Below are positions 1-6,721 of a stretch of DNA of 16,806 nt, piece by piece. Under the pieces are notes generated by a model. That model saw nothing but the letters and a program-made list of their open reading frames with translations, did not search any database and was not told where the DNA came from. A program made the position numbers and the translations under genes. The stretch is from a candidate division WOR-3 bacterium (lineage in GTDB: Bacteria; Hydrothermota; Hydrothermia; B15-G9; WFZT01), in NCBI GenBank assembly GCA_027053075.1, contig JALUEE010000032.1, positions 1-16,806 of the forward strand, read 5' to 3'. Positions within the stretch are counted from its first letter, which is position 1; every line of letters starts with the position of its first letter.

Positions 1-111
1 ACCACCGATTCCGTATTTTCTGCGTAAATGACTAATAGAGGCACCATCTTCAAATTCCTGGATAACCTTGAGTTTTAGGGCTTCGGTATAATGTTTGTTG
101 TTATCAGGCAT
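1..111 (-). CDS. IS3-family transposase OrfA / HTH domain, N-terminal 37 aa (partial; not in the ORF track)
   Basis: Manual translation gives MPDNNKHYTEALKLKVIQEFEDGASISHLRRKYGIGG, matching the OrfA pattern YSxxFKxxVVxxxxxGxSxxxxxxxYGI. SD AAGGAGG lies upstream. Confidence 0.8.
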   Translation of the reverse strand, partial: MPDNNKHYTEALKLKVIQEFEDGASISHLRRKYGIGG

Positions 112-162
112 AGAAGTAACCTCCTTTAATAGTTTTATAATCATCCACGTGGGGAGTTGTAC

Positions 163-187
163 TGTAAACATATATCAGGACGGGACA
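163..187 (-). repeat. Putative left terminal inverted repeat (IRL) of the IS3-family element
   Basis: TG-initiated 25-mer upstream of orfA. The partner IR is outside the window. Confidence 0.65.
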
Positions 188-192
188 AATCT

Positions 193-366
193 TCCTCTCC
201 CCGCATAAATCTTTGCGGGGAGAGGATTGAGGTGAGGGGCCACATCTTGAATTTTTTTGAATATTCAAGCGGAAGGCCCCCTCCCTTGAATCCCTCCCCC
301 CGCGCACAGCGCGGGGGAGGGAAGTATTTTGAAGTTGCGGGGAGGTGAGAGGTGAGGGGCTACATT
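193..366. repeat. Mosaic cluster A of BoxC/PIT-like hairpin-plus-tail repeats (two inverted units plus one partial)
   Basis: Unit A1 193-240: TCCTCTCCCCGCA/TGCGGGGAGAGGA 13-bp stem plus tail TTGAGGTGAGGGGC. Unit A2 276-322 is in inverted orientation. Partial unit at 336-360. Confidence 0.85.
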
Positions 367-407
367 TGAGAAATCCGATGTGAAGGGCCTGCATTATAAT
401 TAAACAC

Positions 408-1415
408 ATGGCCTATTCCAGTAAAATGGAACACCTTAAAAGAAACGGAATTAAGGGGCTTTTTCTGCTCGTACTCTGGCTATTACTCGGAACCCTTGGT
501 TTCGCCTACATCGAGCACTGGGATCTGCTCGATTCATTCTATATGACAGTAATCACTATATCTACCGTGGGATACGGAGAGGTACATCCACTTTCCCCGG
601 TAGGTAAAATCTTTGCCAGCGCCCTGATTATCATAACCCTTGGGACCGTTTTCTACGTGTTCTCAATGTTTGGCCAATTTTTTATCGAGGGTGAAATTTC
701 AGGAGTTTTTGCAAAATCAAGGAGACAGAAGAAAATGAATAAGTTGAGGAATCATTATATAGTTTGTGGCTTCGGTCGCATTGGGAGATCGGTTGTCGAA
801 GGATTAATGCGAGAAAAAGTGGATTTCGTAGTGGTTGATAACAACCCCGATTTGCAGATGGAGTTTGATGAGATGGGCATATTTTACATAATTGGCGATG
901 CAACAGAAGAAGAAACCCTCCAAAAGGCTGGAGTGGAAAGAGCAAAAGCCCTGATATCGCTTTTACCCACAGATGCAGACAACCTTTACGCTGCGATCTC
1001 TGCAAAAGGGTTAAATAGCAAAATTCACGTCATTACAAGGGCACTTGATGAGAAGGCAGAGGTAAAAATGAAAAAGCTTGGGGTTGATCATGTTATATCT
1101 CCGTACAAAATAGCCGGTCAGAGAATCCTGCACTCCGCTCTGAAACCAACAGTGGTCGAATTTCTGGAGCTCGTTACCCATCGTGAGTATCTTTCACTCG
1201 GTCTTGAAGAGATAAAAATTACTGCAAACTCCCCTCTGATTGGTAAAAGCATTTCAGAGCTGAACCTGAGGAAACAGTACGGGATTATTGTCATTGCCAT
1301 AAAGAAAAAAGACGGGAGGATGGTCTTTAATCCCGATCCCGATAATATCTTTGAAGAAGGGGATACAGTGGTAGTAATTGGCAAAGAGGAAGATCTCTCA
1401 AAGTTAAAAATATGA
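408..1415 (+). CDS. Two-TM potassium channel with RCK (TrkA-N/TrkA-C) domains, MthK/Kch-like
   Basis: Pore helix and filter DSFYMTVITISTVGYGEV, Rossmann motif IVCGFGRIG, C-terminal TrkA-C domain (SPLIGKSISELNLRKQYGIIVIAIKK). Confidence 0.93.
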   Translation: MAYSSKMEHLKRNGIKGLFLLVLWLLLGTLGFAYIEHWDLLDSFYMTVITISTVGYGEVHPLSPVGKIFASALIIITLGTVFYVFSMFGQFFIEGEISGVFAKSRRQKKMNKLRNHYIVCGFGRIGRSVVEGLMREKVDFVVVDNNPDLQMEFDEMGIFYIIGDATEEETLQKAGVERAKALISLLPTDADNLYAAISAKGLNSKIHVITRALDEKAEVKMKKLGVDHVISPYKIAGQRILHSALKPTVVEFLELVTHREYLSLGLEEIKITANSPLIGKSISELNLRKQYGIIVIAIKKKDGRMVFNPDPDNIFEEGDTVVVIGKEEDLSKLKI

Positions 1416-2494
1416 TGAAAAAATTAGACCGCTACATGCTCAGGGAATTCTACAAATGGCTTATTATCATGCTTGTTGCGGTCATCGCACTCTTTATCAT
1501 CGTAAATTTTTTCGAAACCCTTGATAAGTTTGTTGATAAAAAACCTTCGGTTTTTTCCATCATCAAATACTATTATTTCCAGATTCCAGGATTAATTGTT
1601 CTCCTCTTTCCGATGGCACATTTGCTTTCAGGTTTCTTCTCTGTCGGTGAGATGGCAAGGCGGCTTGAATTACTGGCTATCAAGGCCTCTGGCATTAACC
1701 TTTACAGGGTTCTTGGCGTACTCGCACTCGCGGGCATATTTAATTCATTTATTGCCTTTGGTATAGGTGAATTTTTAACTCCCTCAGCAAACAGAAAGTT
1801 TCGTTATGTCAAAAAAGTGGAAATTGAGAAAAAGGCGTCACCTCAGCACAGAATTTTTGCGAGAAACTTGAGCTTTTTCGGTAAGTCCGGCTACCTTTAC
1901 TTTTTTAAGTACATCAATTCACGAAATAACAGGGCCATAAATCCTATTATAATGAGAATTGTGAACGGAAAGGTGGTGGAGCGAATTGACGCACGGACCG
2001 GACACTTTAAAAATGGTCACTGGGTACTGAGCAACGTAACTGTAAGAAAATTTAAAGGAGACGAGGTGGAGGTTAAATTTTACAAAGTACACGAGTTTCC
2101 AGAACTAAAAGAATCTCCATTTGACCTTTTAAAGGAGCAGTATGAGCTCGATGAGATGAGTGTTTTTGACCTTCGGAAGCAGATGAGGGCTTTAAAATCT
2201 GCGGGACTCAGCTACACAAAGGTTCTTGCTGAGATTTACATTCGTTTTGCTTTTCCATTCGCCAATTTTGTTATCCTTTTCTTCTCTCTGCCCCTTGCAG
2301 CTTCAATGAGAGGAAAGGGCAGGGCGCTTGGCTTTGGCCTCTCGGTGCTCCTTTCCTTTATTTACTGGGGGCTTCTTCAGACATCAAGAATTTTGGGCCA
2401 GCTTGGCAAAGTTGACCCCCTGATTGCGGCCTGGCTTCCGAATATCCTGTTTTTTATCCCGGGCCTTCTCTTTACCCTGAAGCTCAGAAGGTAG
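1412..2494 (+). CDS. lptG: LptF/LptG (YjgP/YjgQ) family LPS export ABC permease, LptG-like
   Basis: N-terminal KLDRYMLREF, ELLAIKASGI motif, three TM + periplasmic beta-jellyroll + three TM layout, C-terminal PLIAAWLPNILF. ATGA overlap with the K+ channel gene. LptF versus LptG assignment is less certain than the family. Confidence 0.85.
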   Translation: MMKKLDRYMLREFYKWLIIMLVAVIALFIIVNFFETLDKFVDKKPSVFSIIKYYYFQIPGLIVLLFPMAHLLSGFFSVGEMARRLELLAIKASGINLYRVLGVLALAGIFNSFIAFGIGEFLTPSANRKFRYVKKVEIEKKASPQHRIFARNLSFFGKSGYLYFFKYINSRNNRAINPIIMRIVNGKVVERIDARTGHFKNGHWVLSNVTVRKFKGDEVEVKFYKVHEFPELKESPFDLLKEQYELDEMSVFDLRKQMRALKSAGLSYTKVLAEIYIRFAFPFANFVILFFSLPLAASMRGKGRALGFGLSVLLSFIYWGLLQTSRILGQLGKVDPLIAAWLPNILFFIPGLLFTLKLRR

Positions 2495-3047
2495 TCTTTC
2501 TCGCAGGGATAAAAGCGAGCAGGGCTGATTTTATGGCGTCGCCAGGAATGAAGGGGATCATTCCCATCATCAACAGATTAAAAATTCCCGGGATTGAGTG
2601 GTTTATGGCCTTGAACCATAGAGCAAGGCCAAGTATTCCTGGAATGTATATCAAGATGATTTGAGCAAACAGGATGGCTCCAAACCTTTGATGGTATTTC
2701 AAATTTGTGTATATCTTTCCAATAAACCAGCTGGCAAGAATAAATCCAAGAAGATAACCGCCTGTTGGGCCGACAATGGCTGCAATTCCTCCCTTTAGAC
2801 CGGCAAACCATGGGACTCCGAGAATACCAAGACCAACGTAAAGGAGAACGCCGAAAATTGCTCTTTCACCGAGGAACATACCGGTAAGGACAATTCCGAC
2901 TGTAGAACCTGTGATTGGAATGGGTGTCCATGGAAGGTAAATTCTTATCTGTGCAAGCACTCCTGTAATAAAAGCAAATCCAAGATATACCAGTAGTGAT
3001 TGAAGTATGCCATTTTCAAAGTATCTTTCGCGAATCAGCTCGTACAT
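2484..3047 (-). CDS. bioY: Biotin ECF S-component BioY
   Basis: AQIRIYLPWTPIPITG, LGxPWFAG..GG...GPTGGYLLGF and PFIPGDxIK motifs. SD AGGAGG at 3055-3060. Confidence 0.93.
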   Translation of the reverse strand: MYELIRERYFENGILQSLLVYLGFAFITGVLAQIRIYLPWTPIPITGSTVGIVLTGMFLGERAIFGVLLYVGLGILGVPWFAGLKGGIAAIVGPTGGYLLGFILASWFIGKIYTNLKYHQRFGAILFAQIILIYIPGILGLALWFKAINHSIPGIFNLLMMGMIPFIPGDAIKSALLAFIPARKTTF

Positions 3048-3140
3048 CGTGAAACCTCCTTTTGACTAATTTTAAACTCCAGAGCATGAATTTTCATGGG
3101 AGTTTTTCTTTGGTTCGCAAAATAAACTGAAAATTACATG

Positions 3141-3170
3141 TTGATTTTCATAAATTAAAACCAATATAAT
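3141..3170 (+). promoter_or_regulatory. Putative sigma70 promoter for the AT-rich ORF
   Basis: TTGATT-N18-TATAAT. The AT-rich background lowers specificity. Confidence 0.4.
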
Positions 3171-3313
3171 CTACCATAAGATGTTATCAATGCAAAAATA
3201 TTTAATGGAGAATATCACATCTAAAATATGAATATAGAGTTTATAAGTAAGATGGTTCAGCTTAATAGTGATTATCTAATTCATTGAAAGCCGTAACAAA
3301 AGGAGGTAATATT

Positions 3314-3700
3314 ATGAGAAGTTTAGTAATTGTATACGCAATCATAATATTTCTCGTATTCCCGATGAGACTATTAAGGGGATCGAATCCATACTTCGAA
3401 ATCGGTGTAAAAGGTGTGACCTTGAATATTCCGTACTTGTTTCACAGTAATACAGGTGATTTTAATAATAAGAATAGCGATAAATTGTCAATTAACAAAA
3501 TTTCTCCGTATCTTAAACTTTCTGCCAATCTAGGGAAAAACGTAAGTTTTATTGGAGAGATAGGAGCTCCTATTTATTGCCTAAAATACAAGGTTAGAGA
3601 AAATTCTTCGCAACAGAATTATGCCGTTTATAGATCTTGCACGTGGGAAAGTTTTTTGAATTCTTTTACATGGAAAATTGGGTTCCGTGTAGAAAAATAG
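3314..3700 (+). CDS. Hypothetical exported protein (about 128 aa), beta-strand rich, low GC
   Basis: Strong SD AGGAGG at 3301-3306 favours ATG 3314 over TTG 3284. Hydrophobic N-terminus and amphipathic C-terminal strand FTWKIGFRVEK. Confidence 0.6.
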   Translation: MRSLVIVYAIIIFLVFPMRLLRGSNPYFEIGVKGVTLNIPYLFHSNTGDFNNKNSDKLSINKISPYLKLSANLGKNVSFIGEIGAPIYCLKYKVRENSSQQNYAVYRSCTWESFLNSFTWKIGFRVEK

Positions 3701-4023
3701 GCCTTTCACGTTAATTCGTGAATAAAAACAAATGCAACACCTAAAAGTGTTTTTCAAGGTTGCAAGTTTATGTTAGGAGTTTCTTTCTGTTTCCATGTTC
3801 GTGAAGTTTAGTATGTAAAACTCTCTTTTTAAGTAATGGAAACTGGATGAAGTTTAATTCTCTAAATTTTACATTATGAGATATTTTCTTTTTTTTATTG
3901 ATACATGGTTATTTTTCATTATATTATTAGTCTAGAAAACAAATTAACAATGGTCATGCTCTTTCCTTCTTGACAATTTTGAGATTTGACATGTTAATAA
4001 AATTGTTAAAAGGAGAAAAGACC

Positions 4024-5442
4024 ATGAAAATGTTCTTAAACGGTGAATGGGTTGATAGGGAAGAACGCATTGAGGTTATTAACCCCTATAATGGGGAAGT
4101 TGTTGATTCCGTCCCTTCTGCCTCACCCGAAGACCTTGAAATGGCAGTAAAATCCGCAAAAGAGGGATTTGAGGAACTCAAAAAGTTAAGCGCTTACGAC
4201 AAATACAAAATCCTTTCCTGTGCCGCAAAACTACTTGAAAACAACTCTGAAGACTTTGCAAGGGAACTCGTTCTGGAAGTTGGAAAAACCATCAAGGAGG
4301 CGCGGGGTGAGGTGGCGAGAGCCATTCAAACTCTATACCTATCAGCTGAAGAGGCCAAAAGACTCAAAGGAGAGCAGGTTATATTTGACGCCGATCCCCG
4401 TGGAAAGGGAAAATTCGGTATGTACATTCGTGTGCCGATAGGTCCCATTGGTGCGATCACTCCCTTTAATTTCCCTTTAAATCTTGCCCTACACAAGCTT
4501 GGGCCTGCGTTTGCTGTTGGAAATTCAGTCGTGCATAAACCTGCAAGTGCCACACCGCTTACCAACCTTAAATTTACAGAAATACTCCTTGAATCTGGTT
4601 TACCGAGAAAGGCCATTAACGTGATAACCGGCCCCGGAGGCACCATTGGCGAGGGACTTGTTAAACACCCTGAACTCAAGATGATAACATTCACTGGCTC
4701 AAGAGACGTTGGACTTCGCATCATGGATATAAAGGGCTATAAAAAAGCTCTGATGGAGCTTGGCTCGAACGCTCCCATGATTGTTACAGATACCGCTGAT
4801 GTTGAGAAAGCAGCGAAAAAGGCTGTTGTCGGTGCTTTTGCGCAGGCCGGGCAGTCCTGTATTTCCCTGCAGAGGGTATTCGTGCATAAAAAGGTCTTTG
4901 ACCTGTTCCTCTCCGAGCTCGTGAACGGTGTTAAAAACATCAAAGTTGGTGATCCGATGGATGAAGAAACCGGAATGGGCCCCTTAATTAACGAAGGTGC
5001 CTTGAATCGTGTAAAGAGCTGGATTGATGAGGCTGTTGAACATGGAGCAGAAATTGTTTATGGTGGGAATGTTCTCGGGAAAACCCTGATGGAGCCCACT
5101 GTGCTTATTAATGTTCCAGAAGACGTAAAGCTCTTCCAGGATGAGGTCTTCGGCCCTGTAGTTTTTGTCAATCCTTACGAGAACTTTGAAGATGCGGTAA
5201 AGAGTGCAAACAATTCGAAGTATGGACTCAATGCTGCCATCTTCACCCGTGACCTGAATCAGGCAATAAAGGGATTCCTTGAGCTCGAGTTTGGGGGTGT
5301 TCTTATCAACGAACTTCCCACGTGGCGTGTGGATTTGATGCCTTATGGTGGTATGAAAGAGAGTGGATTTGGCAGGGAAGGTCCGGAGTTTGTGGTAAAA
5401 GAGATGAGTGAGATTAAGATGATGGGGATTGACCTGAGCTGA
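4024..5442 (+). CDS. NAD(P)-dependent aldehyde dehydrogenase (lactaldehyde dehydrogenase/DhaS-like subgroup)
   Basis: ITPFNFP, KPAS, FTGS, ELGSN, catalytic Cys in AGQSCIS, EVFGP, PYGGMKESGFGREG. SD AGGAG at 4011 favours ATG 4024 over the track's 3970. Confidence 0.93.
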   Translation: MKMFLNGEWVDREERIEVINPYNGEVVDSVPSASPEDLEMAVKSAKEGFEELKKLSAYDKYKILSCAAKLLENNSEDFARELVLEVGKTIKEARGEVARAIQTLYLSAEEAKRLKGEQVIFDADPRGKGKFGMYIRVPIGPIGAITPFNFPLNLALHKLGPAFAVGNSVVHKPASATPLTNLKFTEILLESGLPRKAINVITGPGGTIGEGLVKHPELKMITFTGSRDVGLRIMDIKGYKKALMELGSNAPMIVTDTADVEKAAKKAVVGAFAQAGQSCISLQRVFVHKKVFDLFLSELVNGVKNIKVGDPMDEETGMGPLINEGALNRVKSWIDEAVEHGAEIVYGGNVLGKTLMEPTVLINVPEDVKLFQDEVFGPVVFVNPYENFEDAVKSANNSKYGLNAAIFTRDLNQAIKGFLELEFGGVLINELPTWRVDLMPYGGMKESGFGREGPEFVVKEMSEIKMMGIDLS

Positions 5443-5467
5443 AGCTCAGGTCAATCCCCATCATCTT
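5416..5467. repeat. Perfect 25-bp inverted repeat with 2-nt spacer across the ALDH stop codon (possible bidirectional terminator/hairpin)
   Basis: AAGATGATGGGGATTGACCTGAGCT-GA-AGCTCAGGTCAATCCCCATCATCTT, located between convergent genes. Confidence 0.9.
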
Positions 5468-5527
5468 CTCTGAGGTTTTCTTTAGCAAGGGTTGATTAAA
5501 CAGTTTGTACTCGATTTAACCCTGAAC

Positions 5528-6157
5528 CTATGGCAATTCAGTTGCTATTCGGGTTTTTGATGGTGATGGAAGCTCACCCTCGAATTTTTCAATCTTCACC
5601 TCTTTTTTACGAGATAATATAATCATTTTGGCCGAGGGTCTTCTGGGCTTGTTACTTCCCGGCTTTACAGTTGCAACAAAGCTCGCTACCTCTCCAACAC
5701 CCGCAATCTTTACAACATCTCCTTTGATCTCCAAGTCCTCGATATCACCAAAGAATGGTTTGCCAAGTGCTGCAGCCACCCTCTGTGGAACTTCGCCGAT
5801 CTCATGGACCACTGAAAAGCTCCCACCCAGCACTATGTCCGCATCCTTTATCTTTTCTGCAATTACATGAGCTACTTGGTTTGAGTCAAGCTCATTTTCA
5901 GTCTCGACGAGTATGACGTTATCGGCTCCCAGTGCATAAAGTTCTTTAAGTGTGGTAACAGATTCTTTCCTTCCCACACTGATGGCAGAAACTTCAGCTT
6001 CGCCCTGGTCTTTTAGCTTTAGTGCAAGTTCGATGGCAAACCTGTCATTTGGATTTATGATCCTCTTTTCCCTTTCAAAAATCTGTGCCTTTGATTTAGA
6101 AACCCCAAGCCCCTTTGGGTCAGGCACTTCCTTAATAAGAACCACGATCTTCTTCAT
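5528..6157 (-). CDS. etfB: Electron transfer flavoprotein beta subunit (EtfB/FixA family), short and divergent
   Basis: KIVVLIKEVPD...INPNDRFAIELALKLK...LKELYALGAD...PRRPS motifs. Confidence 0.85.
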   Translation of the reverse strand: MKKIVVLIKEVPDPKGLGVSKSKAQIFEREKRIINPNDRFAIELALKLKDQGEAEVSAISVGRKESVTTLKELYALGADNVILVETENELDSNQVAHVIAEKIKDADIVLGGSFSVVHEIGEVPQRVAAALGKPFFGDIEDLEIKGDVVKIAGVGEVASFVATVKPGSNKPRRPSAKMIILSRKKEVKIEKFEGELPSPSKTRIATELP

Positions 6158-6160
6158 TTC

Positions 6161-6721
6161 CTAATCCTCCTTTATTAACTTAGATTGTAAAGCTTTGATG
6201 GCGAAAATTATAAGAATAATACCGGCAATAATAGCACCCCACATTCCAAGTAATGAAAACGCTGTTACAATGACACCTGCGACAAAAACTCCAATTGCTA
6301 TAGCAACAAATGATTTGTGAGGGTTTAGCCTCAAAATAGCAGCAATGGTGGCACCAGTCCATGCACCGGTTCCAGGTAATGGAATTGCAACAAATAGTAG
6401 CAGTCCAAGCATCTCATATTTTTCTATTTTCTCACGCTGATTTTCTGCCTTTTCCTCGAGTCTGGCGTAAAATTTTCTTCCCAACCTGGTTTTCGCAAAA
6501 ACATTCATAACAGGTATAAGCAGGTAAAGGATGGGATAAATTGGTATCAGATTCCCAAGTACAGCAATTACATAAGCCTTCACAAAATTGAGTTTATAGT
6601 AAAGAATGGCGAGGGGGATGGCTGCCCTGAGCTCCACGATTGGGAGCATTGAGACAATAAATGTTACAAGTTCTTTATTATGAATTGAATGCTGGATAAA
6701 CTGGATTATTCGTTCACTCAT
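6161..6721 (-). CDS. COG2426 / putative small multidrug export family membrane protein
   Basis: SMLPIVELRAAIP and LLLFVAIPLPGTGAWTG signature motifs. Confidence 0.88.
   Translation of the reverse strand: MSERIIQFIQHSIHNKELVTFIVSMLPIVELRAAIPLAILYYKLNFVKAYVIAVLGNLIPIYPILYLLIPVMNVFAKTRLGRKFYARLEEKAENQREKIEKYEMLGLLLFVAIPLPGTGAWTGATIAAILRLNPHKSFVAIAIGVFVAGVIVTAFSLLGMWGAIIAGIILIIFAIKALQSKLIKED

Larger units (their letters stand above)
1..187 (-). mobile_element. IS3-family insertion sequence, left end (truncated by window edge)
   Basis: The minus strand begins TGTCCCGTCCTGATATATGTTTACA (187-163), a 5'-TG terminus resembling IS3-family terminal IRs. It is followed by SD AAGGAGG and an OrfA-type HTH reading frame. 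Confidence 0.8.

Noticed and set aside
193..366. Repeat clusters as a CRISPR array
   Set aside because: Units alternate in orientation, differ in sequence and lack regular unique spacers. No cas genes are present.
104..409. ORFs 104-409 (-) and 157-348 (+)
   Set aside because: They are translations of the triplex repeats and IS end (Pro/Gly/Arg-rich, no SD). The credible minus-strand gene starts at 111 in another frame.
3061..3160. BirA operator upstream of bioY
   Set aside because: No TGTnAAC-N14-16-GTTnACA arrangement is visible.
3970..4023. 18-codon N-terminal extension of the ALDH in the ORF track
   Set aside because: The SD precedes ATG 4024 and family similarity starts at MKMFLNGEW. 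The TTG is part of a TTGACA.
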